Shown here piece by piece: positions 44,830 to 53,321 of a stretch of 64,000 bases of DNA. Under the pieces are notes generated by a model. It saw only the letters and a program-made list of their open reading frames with translations. It searched no databases and had not been told where the DNA came from. The first letter of the stretch is position 1; every line of letters starts with the position of its first letter. The DNA comes from Nanobdellota archaeon. Its GTDB lineage: Archaea > Nanobdellota > Nanobdellia > Woesearchaeales > UBA10107. The stretch covers positions 85,698 through 149,697 of the forward strand of contig JBHPFU010000001.1 of the NCBI GenBank assembly GCA_042571125.1, written 5' to 3'. A program made the translations under genes and the position numbers.

Positions 44830-46340
44830 AAAAATGGACTAGAATAGCAGAGGATAGCGGAGATCTTTTCCCTGTTACATTCATGTATGAATGTTTAGTT
44901 GAAAGAGCAGAAGAGGTTCTTGGAGCGAAAGTTAATAACTGGATGCATGTCGGAAGAAATAGTATTTGGGAAGTTGCTGCAGATTTAGACAATTGGGACA
45001 TGGTCGGTTCAGCAGCATATAAAAAATTAAAACAAGATAAAGGATTCTTGAAACAAATTAGAGAAAATACTCTTAATGGCTGCAAATTAATGATAGAGAC
45101 TTCTGAAAAGATATACAAAACAGACCTATCAAAACTAGCCAATAAACAATTATGGGATTTATACCAAGAATACAGACAAAAAGACAAAGATATGTATATC
45201 TGGGGCATGGTCCCGGTTCTTATTGATTTCGAGGTTACTAGATTATCTGATGAGATAAGAAGCATAATTAAAAGTAAGCTAAACGAAAACGAACAAAATC
45301 TTTTGCCAGACTATTTTATCACATTAACAACATCAAAAGAAGATACGCTTATGAAACAGGAAAAATTATCTTTCCTAAATGTAGCAAAAGAAATATCAGA
45401 AAATCAAGAAGCAAAAGAGCTTTTCAAAAAATCAGTAGATGAAATAAAAGCAGAACTTTCCAATTTCAAAGAAATTGATGAAAAAATAGAAGAACACACA
45501 AAAAACTACTGTTTTTTCGGTTACGGATACTTAGGTCCTGCATGGAAGAAAGAATATTATCTTGAATTATTGTCAGGATTCATAAAAGTAGATAATCCTG
45601 AAGAAAAGATTAAAGAGATTGAAGAAGAAAAACAAGCAACCGATAGAAAAAGAGAAGAGGTAATCAGAAAATTAAAGCTTACAGAAGATGAGCTTTACTT
45701 AATGGATGCAGGTGCTGAATTTGGATTCCTAAAGGTAAACAGAAAAGATTTGCTCTATAAATCTTACTATCATATGAACAACTGGCTTGAAGAGGTTTCT
45801 AAAAGATTTGGGCTTACAATAACTCAACTAAGACATATGATTTCTGAAGAAGTAAAAGATATGATTCTTGATAACAAACTTCCAGATAAAAATGTATTAG
45901 ACCAGAGAATAGAGTTCTATCTTTTTATTTTGAAAGACCAGAAATTAACAATTCATCACGGAGATGAGGCAAAAAAACTTCATGAGGAGTTAATGGAGAA
46001 GCAAGAAGATATAGACTTGGATGAATTGAAAGGAGACTGCTCTTGCCAAGGTCAAGCAAGAGGAGAGATTAAGATAATTAAAACAGTCGAAGATATGGAA
46101 AAGATGAACCAAGGAGATATTCTGGTTAGTCCTGCTACAAATCCTAATCTTGTACCTGCAATGCAAAAAGCAGGAGCAATTATAACCGATGAAGGAGGAA
46201 TTACATGCCACGCCGCTATTGTTTCTAGAGAATTAGGAGTTCCATGTATTACTGGAACAAAGATTGTCACAAAAGCATTCAAAGACGGCGATTTGGTTGA
46301 AGTTGATGCAACAAATGGAATAGTACGGAGAGTAAAATGA
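44826..46340 (+). CDS. Orphan swivel (phosphohistidine) domain protein, paralog 2
   Basis: GDILVSPATNPNLVPAMQKAGAIITDEGGITCHAAIVSRELGVPCITG (His462, codon 46209-46211). The N-terminal domain aligns with paralog 1 (DYFITLTTSKE versus DYFMALLTSPE). ATGA overlap with the upstream gene. Confidence 0.8.
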   Translation: MKKWTRIAEDSGDLFPVTFMYECLVERAEEVLGAKVNNWMHVGRNSIWEVAADLDNWDMVGSAAYKKLKQDKGFLKQIRENTLNGCKLMIETSEKIYKTDLSKLANKQLWDLYQEYRQKDKDMYIWGMVPVLIDFEVTRLSDEIRSIIKSKLNENEQNLLPDYFITLTTSKEDTLMKQEKLSFLNVAKEISENQEAKELFKKSVDEIKAELSNFKEIDEKIEEHTKNYCFFGYGYLGPAWKKEYYLELLSGFIKVDNPEEKIKEIEEEKQATDRKREEVIRKLKLTEDELYLMDAGAEFGFLKVNRKDLLYKSYYHMNNWLEEVSKRFGLTITQLRHMISEEVKDMILDNKLPDKNVLDQRIEFYLFILKDQKLTIHHGDEAKKLHEELMEKQEDIDLDELKGDCSCQGQARGEIKIIKTVEDMEKMNQGDILVSPATNPNLVPAMQKAGAIITDEGGITCHAAIVSRELGVPCITGTKIVTKAFKDGDLVEVDATNGIVRRVK

Positions 46341-46834
46341 CTTCTAACCTTTTCATGGATTACCTTCCTGTTCTTCATCCTGGGAACACAAACGCTTTAG
46401 AATTAGTAAGAAATTCTGTGGATGTAACATATTCTGTTGGCGCCGAAAGAATACTCGAAGATAATACGTTGAAAAAAGAGATTTATTTTGCAAATATAGT
46501 CAATAACAACGTATATCAAAATTCAGAAAAAGCTTGGATTTGTGACGAGAAAAGGTTAGGCCAAGACAAGACTTTAAAGGGATTAGCGAAGTTAATATTA
46601 GACCACGCTGATCAAAAGACTTTTGAGATAGTAAGAAGACACTATGTTCAAAAAGATAAACGTATGTCTACAGATGCTATTTTTCATATTCATTCTTACA
46701 AATGGGGATTGCCTGAATTTAGAATACATTCAGCAAGAGATCTTTCTACAAAGGAAGTTAGAGAACTCGTAAACAATATCTACTCATCCATTCGAAAGCG
46801 CATGAAAAAAGACAAGGATTACGGAAAACGATAA
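46337..46834 (+). CDS. Hypothetical protein embedded in the swivel-domain operon
   Basis: 165 aa. ATGA overlap with paralog 2. No motif recognised. Confidence 0.5.
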   Translation: MTSNLFMDYLPVLHPGNTNALELVRNSVDVTYSVGAERILEDNTLKKEIYFANIVNNNVYQNSEKAWICDEKRLGQDKTLKGLAKLILDHADQKTFEIVRRHYVQKDKRMSTDAIFHIHSYKWGLPEFRIHSARDLSTKEVRELVNNIYSSIRKRMKKDKDYGKR

Positions 46835-46835
46835 A

Positions 46836-47180
46836 ATGACAGAAATCCTAACACTAGAAGAAATTGCCTTGCTGGCCAAGAAAGTTGAGAGGTGGAATAA
46901 TACCAAAACTTACGATGATGATTATTGTATTTTTGAAGGTTCTGTTGATCAATTTGCAATTCAAGTTAAAAGATACAGGATTGGTGTTAATTATGAAAGT
47001 GCAATGATATCCTTACATAAAGATTCTAGATTTGTTTGCAGTCAAGCATCACCAACCCTTTTTGAAATATATCAAAAAGCATTTGGGAGCTGGTTTATAC
47101 CAATAAAAACTAAAACTCCAAACATAATAAAACAAAGAAACCAAGCTATTGAGAGAGCAAGAGAGGTTCTAGCTGGATAA
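46836..47180 (+). CDS. Hypothetical protein embedded in the swivel-domain operon
   Basis: 114 aa. Starts 1 nt after the upstream stop. No motif recognised. Confidence 0.5.
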   Translation: MTEILTLEEIALLAKKVERWNNTKTYDDDYCIFEGSVDQFAIQVKRYRIGVNYESAMISLHKDSRFVCSQASPTLFEIYQKAFGSWFIPIKTKTPNIIKQRNQAIERAREVLAG

Positions 47181-47221
47181 AAACACTAAATTTTTAAAAT
47201 TAACTATATTCTTAATTTAGA

Positions 47222-48628
47222 ATGAGCGATGAATACATATTCATGTGGTGTCAAAAGCCTCTTTTGCCTAGTAATCATGGCACTGCGGTGGCATTAAAAG
47301 GAGGAGCAGAGGCCTTAGACGTGTTTGCGACAGCACATATTTTGCAGTATTATGATGGAAAACTTCTTTCAACATATATCATGAAAAAAGACATAAATGA
47401 TTGGAAAGCAAATAAAAGCATAAAATTCCTTGATCCTTCTTTTTACAAAAAATATTCTGAAAAATATGAACAAGAAAGCAAAAAATGGTGGGAATGGATA
47501 AGAGAGGTAGAAAAAAAGGATTATTCCAACTTAACAAAAAAGGAGTTAATAGAAGATCACGAACTCTTTTCAAGATTCATGGTAAACTCAATTTCTTTTT
47601 TTGGAAGCACAAGACCTGAATTTACATATGCTGTTGAGCAAAAATTAGAAGAACACCTAAAAAAATATTTCCGAGACGACTGGGGAGACGCATTTACTGT
47701 CCTAGCAACCTCTAGTGAGGAGGATGAAGTACAAAAAGAACAAAAAGATTGGAAAATACTTGTAGAATCAAACCCTTCAGACGAATCTTTGTTAAATCAT
47801 ACGTCCAAATACCCTTGGCTTGTTCTAGGAACATTTTCTGAGGAAGAAGCATTGAAGCATTTAAAAGAATTAATGAAAAATAATGAAGAAGAAGCCGTAA
47901 AAAAAGAAGATATAGTTCAGAAGAAAAAAGAGATTTTGGATAAAATGGAAGAAGACGTAAAATACTTATCAACTTTTTTACAAGAACAGTCAGTAAGAAG
48001 AATGCATATCAAAGCTTATTGGGCCGGTTGTTATTATCTTGCAAGAAACTTGCTAAATGCAATAGCAAAAGAAATTGGTCTAGAAGTATCAGAATTAATT
48101 GAATTCCTGCTTCCTCCAGAAGTGGATGAGATTCTAAAAGGAGAAAAAACAATAGATGATATCCCTCTTGAAAAAAGAAAAGAAAAATACATAACCTATT
48201 TTAATCCCGGAGAAGAGATAGAGATAACAGAAGGAGAAGAAGCTGAAGTGCTTTTCAAGCAAAAGATCAAGCCACCCGAAAAAAAACTAGAAATAAAAGG
48301 CCAGACCGCATCAGTAGGAAAATGCACAGGAAAAGTCAGAATAGTAATGCCAGGAGATACAAAGATGTTAATGAATGACATAAAAGAGTTTCAAAAAGGA
48401 GATGTTATGGTCACTTCAATGACTCAACCAAACATGATCCCCATAGTTAAGAAAGCAGCAGGAATTGTTGCCGATGAAGGAGGAATTACAAGTCATGCAG
48501 CGATTATTGCAAGAGAATTCGGAATTCCATGTATTGTTGGATGCCTTGAAGCAGCACAAATATTTAATAATGGAGATATTATCGAAGTAGATGCTGACAA
48601 CGGTGCTGTGAGGAAGATAAATGAATAA
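47222..48628 (+). CDS. Orphan swivel (phosphohistidine) domain protein, paralog 3
   Basis: GDVMVTSMTQPNMIPIVKKAAGIVADEGGITSHAAIIAREFGIPCIVG (His425, codon 48494-48496, with the T-S-H variant). The N-terminal domain is related to paralogs 1 and 2 (DAFTVLATSSE). Confidence 0.8.
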   Translation: MSDEYIFMWCQKPLLPSNHGTAVALKGGAEALDVFATAHILQYYDGKLLSTYIMKKDINDWKANKSIKFLDPSFYKKYSEKYEQESKKWWEWIREVEKKDYSNLTKKELIEDHELFSRFMVNSISFFGSTRPEFTYAVEQKLEEHLKKYFRDDWGDAFTVLATSSEEDEVQKEQKDWKILVESNPSDESLLNHTSKYPWLVLGTFSEEEALKHLKELMKNNEEEAVKKEDIVQKKKEILDKMEEDVKYLSTFLQEQSVRRMHIKAYWAGCYYLARNLLNAIAKEIGLEVSELIEFLLPPEVDEILKGEKTIDDIPLEKRKEKYITYFNPGEEIEITEGEEAEVLFKQKIKPPEKKLEIKGQTASVGKCTGKVRIVMPGDTKMLMNDIKEFQKGDVMVTSMTQPNMIPIVKKAAGIVADEGGITSHAAIIAREFGIPCIVGCLEAAQIFNNGDIIEVDADNGAVRKINE

Positions 48629-49718
48629 AAAATACGAGTTTCATGCAAGAGCAAGCGATATTCCTTTTGTTATATCCGATATTTTTTTTAGAGACGGCAG
48701 TTATGGTGATGCAGAATCAATCACCACTTTTGAAAAAGGGCTTCTTTCATTGTATTGGTCTGAAGATGGCTACAAACAAACAGCAAAAATAGGCGAACAA
48801 ATGCTTGATGAAACTTTTTTTGAAAATCTAATCAAGCAAATGGATGAAATAGAGAAAAAAGTAGATAACTTCTCTTTTACTCTTAAGGAAGACAAGATCA
48901 TTGACGAATGGAAACTATTTGATGAGATAATCTTTGAATATAGTATAGTATATAGATTTTGTGAAGAACCTTTCTTAAGATCTATAGAAAAAAAATTATT
49001 AGATAAGTATGATGCTGACATACTTAATGATGTGATGCAGAATCCTGAAAAGGCTAAAGATATTGGATTCAATGATCAAGAAAAAAAGATTATTAATATT
49101 CTAAGAACTGTTGGCGAGAAAAAACTGTCTTTGCATCTAAAAAATGAAAAATTCTTTGATGATCTCGCTTTATTTATAGAACATCTCTCTAAAAAAACAG
49201 AAATTTCAACAGAAGATCTATATTTCCTAAAATCAGATGAGATATCAAATCTTTTAGAAGGTAAAAAGATTGACTTAAGCCTAGCAAAGGATAGAAAGAA
49301 CGGCTGCGCATTTTCTAATGGGCCAGATTCAGAATATTTATGTGTTACTGGTAAAGAATTCCTAGAACTAAAAGAGCTAGTTGAACCAAAAATCAATGAA
49401 ATCAAAGGTTTTTCTGCAAACAAAGGAAAAGTTAAAGGAAAAGTAAGAGTTCACCTAAGCTGGATCAAGTCAGTTGATTTTGATCAAGGAGATATAATTG
49501 TTACTGGGATGACTAATCCTCAGATGTTCCCGTATCTTAAAAAAGCTGCTGCAATCGTCACAGATGAAGGCGGAATAACTTGCCATGCTGCTATTATTTC
49601 TAGAGAATTAGGAATTCCTTGCATAATCGGAACCAAAGTAGCAACCCAACTTCTTAATGATGGAGATAGGGTAGAAGTAGACGCAGATAAAGGAATTGTT
49701 AGAAAAATTATTGTTTAG
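48621..49718 (+). CDS. Orphan swivel (phosphohistidine) domain protein, paralog 4 (shortened N-terminal domain)
   Basis: GDIIVTGMTNPQMFPYLKKAAAIVTDEGGITCHAAIISRELGIPCIIG (His322, codon 49584-49586). Overlaps paralog 3 by 8 nt. Confidence 0.8.
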   Translation: MNKKYEFHARASDIPFVISDIFFRDGSYGDAESITTFEKGLLSLYWSEDGYKQTAKIGEQMLDETFFENLIKQMDEIEKKVDNFSFTLKEDKIIDEWKLFDEIIFEYSIVYRFCEEPFLRSIEKKLLDKYDADILNDVMQNPEKAKDIGFNDQEKKIINILRTVGEKKLSLHLKNEKFFDDLALFIEHLSKKTEISTEDLYFLKSDEISNLLEGKKIDLSLAKDRKNGCAFSNGPDSEYLCVTGKEFLELKELVEPKINEIKGFSANKGKVKGKVRVHLSWIKSVDFDQGDIIVTGMTNPQMFPYLKKAAAIVTDEGGITCHAAIISRELGIPCIIGTKVATQLLNDGDRVEVDADKGIVRKIIV

Positions 49719-49923
49719 CTGCTAACTTAACATCGCCAGCTTTTACTGTTTTTCTTCCAGCATGAATTGCCAGTCTAACAGCATTTGTTGCTATTTCTTC
49801 AGCAATATCTTCAACAACATCTTTTAAGGCAGCTTTCGCCTTGTCAGAAACACGATCAGCTCCAGAAGCTTTTAGAACTTTCTCCATTGCAGCTAATGGT
49901 AATAGTCTGTCTGTTTTCGCCAT
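49708..49923 (-). CDS. Archaeal histone (HMf family)
   Basis: 71 aa. LPLAAMEKVLKASGADRVSDKAKAALKDVVEDIAEEIATNAVRLAIHAGRKTVKAGDVKLA shows a histone-fold pattern. Confidence 0.85.
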   Translation of the reverse strand: MAKTDRLLPLAAMEKVLKASGADRVSDKAKAALKDVVEDIAEEIATNAVRLAIHAGRKTVKAGDVKLAAKQ

Positions 49924-49961
49924 AATTAATCATTAAAGAAACGAATATTTAAAGGTTTTGG

Positions 49962-50615
49962 TCAAAAGGGGAGCAATTTTCTTATATTTCGCCTTAAAGA
50001 GAGCCGTTTTAACCTCTGTTCAATATCAGAAGCGTTCTCAAATTCTTTTTCCGCTTTTCTGAACTTAGAAGAATGAAATAAATTCCTGCCTTTATTTGCA
50101 GAGAACTTGTGCTTCTTATGAAGCATTTCGTGATACATGACATAGTCGAGTAATTCTTCTTCTTGCAATGCGGATGAGATAGATATCCTATCTGTTTTGA
50201 AATCATAAGAACCTAGTTTTGATGTTGAATTAGCACCCCACTCAAGATTTGGAACATCTATTAAATCATCAAAATATCTTTCATTTACTCTATTGAATGA
50301 TTCCAGTAAATCTGGATTAATATTTGTTTTTGGAATAACTTGAGGGAGTTTTTTAACAAATGTGTTGTACAAGTCCATATTAAGAGTGTTTTTCTTTGCC
50401 TTGAAAACTTTAACTAATAATTCTTGGATTAAACCAATCTTTATTTCATTTGAAACACGATACCACTTTTTACTTAGTTTAACTTGAAGCGAATTGATAG
50501 AAACAGAAATATTTGCTCCGTAATCATTAAATTGATCAGAATATTTTACTTTTGTAGAATAATTGAATTGCCGATTAGGAAAAAGTTCCCTGAATGCTTT
50601 TTCTATGATGTCCAT
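49962..50615 (-). CDS. SprT-like / DUF45-type zinc metalloprotease
   Basis: YVMYHEMLHKKH (HExxH) lies in the C-terminal third. Size and context fit. Weak family call. Confidence 0.45.
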   Translation of the reverse strand: MDIIEKAFRELFPNRQFNYSTKVKYSDQFNDYGANISVSINSLQVKLSKKWYRVSNEIKIGLIQELLVKVFKAKKNTLNMDLYNTFVKKLPQVIPKTNINPDLLESFNRVNERYFDDLIDVPNLEWGANSTSKLGSYDFKTDRISISSALQEEELLDYVMYHEMLHKKHKFSANKGRNLFHSSKFRKAEKEFENASDIEQRLKRLSLRRNIRKLLPF

Positions 50616-50620
50616 GAATT

Positions 50621-51721
50621 TTATTCAACCGCATACCTTAAAATAGCAGCAACCTTGCCAAGTTCTTTTAACTGAACTCCTTCGCGAGTTTCAGTCGATA
50701 TAATCCTAACTTCTGTTGAGAATTGTTCAGCTATTTTCTCAAATTCTTCAATTACTTTATCATCCGATTCTTCAGAAATAAGCAAGATCTCAACAATCCC
50801 GTTGCTCAATTTGGCTTTAACAGCATCAAGCCCATACTCAACCTTGCCAGGAGTTTTAGCAAGCAAATCAAAGAACTTCTGCATGATTTTCTTTTCAGCA
50901 GAAACTTCTTCTGCAGCAAGTAAATCTTCTGATTTTTCAAGTAGTTCCTGCAGACCAAAGTCTCCAGTATAACTTAAATCTTTTGTTCCCATTATTTTTT
51001 TCTTTAGATCTCCCGTAATATAATCTTGATTCAAAAAATTAGTAACGGTTGTACCTGGACCGCCAATTATGATTCCCTTAAGATCAGCACCGAGAGATAA
51101 AAATTCATTCTTGATATGGCCTGCTATTTTCTTAAAATGAGCTTTAACAGCATCTTCTCTTAATCTTTCAAATCTCTGAGCTGACTGACCGCCTGCTCTC
51201 ATCTTTCCTGGAACTTCTGAATGCGTTGTTTTTAACGGGATGATTGATTTTCCTTTAAGCAAAGCAATTGCCGCATCTCTTCTATCTAAAACAACAAGAC
51301 CATAAACATCCTTAACTTCCATCATATCTCGGATAGGATCAAGAACAAATTCTTTGTCACACCTATAAAGACGAATCTTAATCGGGACAGGAGGTTCAAT
51401 AGACCATACTTGAACATTAGATTGACCCTCTTTTTCAGAAACATTTCCAGAGAAAACAGCAAGACCATGGTCCGGTGTTTTTGTATACATTTTTAAGTGC
51501 TGGATCATCCTTTCCAAAGAATCTATAACATTCTTTCTTGTAGATGTTGATTTAATATTAGAGGCTGTATCCTGCTCCTGACGCAGATGAGTCATAATCT
51601 TGTTCATATCATATCCTTGAGGGATATATACTGTAACCATCTCTGTATGGCGCCCTCTATACAACTCTAGCTCTTTCACGAACTTCTTCAGCTTAAATTG
51701 CTCTGTAGTGCTTACTGCCAT
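50621..51721 (-). CDS. prf1: Peptide chain release factor aRF1
   Basis: NIKS motif (TASNIKSTSTRKNV) and GGQ motif (RAGGQSAQRF). Confidence 0.9.
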   Translation of the reverse strand: MAVSTTEQFKLKKFVKELELYRGRHTEMVTVYIPQGYDMNKIMTHLRQEQDTASNIKSTSTRKNVIDSLERMIQHLKMYTKTPDHGLAVFSGNVSEKEGQSNVQVWSIEPPVPIKIRLYRCDKEFVLDPIRDMMEVKDVYGLVVLDRRDAAIALLKGKSIIPLKTTHSEVPGKMRAGGQSAQRFERLREDAVKAHFKKIAGHIKNEFLSLGADLKGIIIGGPGTTVTNFLNQDYITGDLKKKIMGTKDLSYTGDFGLQELLEKSEDLLAAEEVSAEKKIMQKFFDLLAKTPGKVEYGLDAVKAKLSNGIVEILLISEESDDKVIEEFEKIAEQFSTEVRIISTETREGVQLKELGKVAAILRYAVE

Positions 51722-51839
51722 GGTTCAAATGTATAATGGCGAGTTTATAAATTTTTAGGCTCATCAGACGCGCCTGTTCTGAAGGATTTAACGCGCCAAT
51801 TGCCAAAAAAATTAAATATCTTTTGGTATTACTCTATCC

Positions 51840-52214
51840 ATGGCGAATGTCCTTGAAAATACAGGCTGTATAGAAGACCTTTTATTTCTAAATGATGTGG
51901 CTGAAAGATTAGATGGGATTCTTTCACATATAGCGTTAGGAGGAGGAGCAGAGGATATTTCCTATATTGAATCTATGCAGAGATTTCTAAAAGGAAAATA
52001 TGCAGAAAGGCTTAAAAGATATTTGAATGATAGCGAATTGTCTAATATTGGATGTTTTGTGGGTAATGTCTTGTCAGCATACGGTGCTTTCCAAACGTTG
52101 ATTTCAGATGTAGGCAGAGAACCAGAAGCAATAGAGGAACAGGCTGCAGACATATTACATGAATATCTTATATTGCCCGAGCCAGAGCATGTAGGGGCCT
52201 TAGAACCAGTTTAG
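51840..52214 (+). CDS. Hypothetical protein
   Basis: 124-aa ORF. No motif recognised. Confidence 0.4.
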   Translation: MANVLENTGCIEDLLFLNDVAERLDGILSHIALGGGAEDISYIESMQRFLKGKYAERLKRYLNDSELSNIGCFVGNVLSAYGAFQTLISDVGREPEAIEEQAADILHEYLILPEPEHVGALEPV

Positions 52215-52284
52215 ATAGATTTCAGCCCATCGATACATTTAAAAAGGGAGTTGATTCCTAAAATTAAACGGATATTATTTATCC

Positions 52285-52359
52285 GGGGCTATGGGGTAGC
52301 TTGGTTTATCCTTTCTGGTTTGGGGCCAGATGACCCCGGTTCGAATCCGGGTAGCCCCA
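52285..52359 (+). tRNA. tRNA-Pro (UGG)
   Basis: GGGGCTA acceptor stem pairs with TAGCCCC. Anticodon arm is TCTGG-TTTGGGG-CCAGA. T-arm CCGGTTCGAATCCGG. Confidence 0.85.
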
Positions 52360-52369
52360 TATAACAAAA

Positions 52370-52621
52370 ATGCCAAAAAAAATCAAAAGCGCGGTTAAAA
52401 GGTTCGGAACAAGATATGGTCGAACTATCAGAGAAAAAGTAGCAAAAATAGAAGATAAGCTACGGGGAAAGCATAAATGCCCTTATTGTTCGGCTCTAAA
52501 AGCAAAAAGAATTGCAGCAGGTATTTGGGCATGCAAGAAATGCAAATCAAAATTTACAGGTGCAGCATATGCTGTTAAAAGAAATATAAAAGAAAGAGAG
52601 GTTGAAGAAAGTGCAGACTGA
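52370..52621 (+). CDS. rpl37ae: 50S ribosomal protein L37Ae (eL43)
   Basis: FGTRYGRTIREKV, plus the ribbon CPYC...GIWACKKCKSKFTGAAY. Confidence 0.85.
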   Translation: MPKKIKSAVKRFGTRYGRTIREKVAKIEDKLRGKHKCPYCSALKAKRIAAGIWACKKCKSKFTGAAYAVKRNIKEREVEESAD

Positions 52622-52751
52622 ATACAAATGTTTTGATTGTAACAAAACAGTAAGCATGGAATATTTAAGAAAGAAGATCAGATGCCCATACTGCGGCGGA
52701 AAGATGTTATTCAAACAAAAACAAGTCTCAACAAAAGTTCAAGCAAGATAA
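52611..52751 (+). CDS. rpoP: DNA-directed RNA polymerase subunit P (Rpo12), 46 aa, below ORF-track cutoff
   Basis: My translation from GTG 52611 is VQTEYKCFDCNKTVSMEYLRKKIRCPYCGGKMLFKQKQVSTKVQAR. The CxxC..IRCPYCG..LFK pattern is typical of RpoP. Its position after L37Ae is a conserved archaeal arrangement. Confidence 0.7.
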   Translation: MQTEYKCFDCNKTVSMEYLRKKIRCPYCGGKMLFKQKQVSTKVQAR

Positions 52752-52752
52752 A

Positions 52753-53070
52753 ATGGCAAAACAAGAAGATATCCAACAATTACAATTAATGGAACAGTCT
52801 TTGCAGCAATTTTTAATGCAAAAACAAACATTCCAGGCACAGTTAATGGAAATTGAAAGCGCATTATCTGAGCTTAGCAAGACAAAACAAGCATACAAGA
52901 TTATTGGCAATATAATGATTGCTTCATCTAACGAAGATCTTAAGAAAGACTTAGAGCAGAAAAAAGAAATTCTTAGCTTAAGAGTAAAAAATCTTGAAAA
53001 ACAAGAAGAAAAATTAAAAGAAAGCGCATCAAAATTACAATCCGAAGTTCTAAAAGAAATGAAGAAGTGA
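52753..53070 (+). CDS. pfdB: Prefoldin beta subunit
   Basis: 105 aa with two coiled-coil arms around a KIIGNIMI beta-hairpin region. Confidence 0.8.
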   Translation: MAKQEDIQQLQLMEQSLQQFLMQKQTFQAQLMEIESALSELSKTKQAYKIIGNIMIASSNEDLKKDLEQKKEILSLRVKNLEKQEEKLKESASKLQSEVLKEMKK

Positions 53071-53321
53071 TTAAAATGGGTACAGTTACAGAAATTATCG
53101 ACATAATAAAGGATATAAGCGAAGACACTACAGTTCCAAAGAATATAAAATCAAAATTATCAGAAATTGCAGTACTTTTAGAATCAGAAGAGGAAGAAAC
53201 TCCTCTAAAAGTTAACAGGGCTCTGAACGAACTTGATGATATTTCTTCTGATGTTAATATACAACCTTATACAAGAACTCAGCTGATGGGTATTGCTAGT
53301 GCTCTAGAAAGTGTTCAATAA
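53067..53321 (+). CDS. UPF0147-family small helical protein
   Basis: IIDIIKDISEDTTVPKNIKSKLSEI...LNELDDISSDVNIQPYTRTQL. This family is typically adjacent to prefoldin beta in archaea (from memory). Confidence 0.5.
   Translation: MIKMGTVTEIIDIIKDISEDTTVPKNIKSKLSEIAVLLESEEEETPLKVNRALNELDDISSDVNIQPYTRTQLMGIASALESVQ

Noticed and set aside
44768-46378. Minus-strand ORFs antisense to swivel paralogs 1 and 2 (44768-45265, 45990-46211, 46052-46378)
   Set aside because: They are antisense to genes with strong domain motifs. Their translations are low-complexity, and none has an upstream promoter-like or RBS sequence.
43324-49718. The possibility that the four swivel-domain genes are decayed fragments (pseudogenes) of duplicated ppsA copies
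   Set aside because: Each is a long uninterrupted ORF with an intact catalytic His motif and a proper start. Each is translationally coupled to its neighbour. Their N-terminal regions resemble each other but not the PpsA ATP-grasp domain. Gene decay would not preserve four full-length frames.
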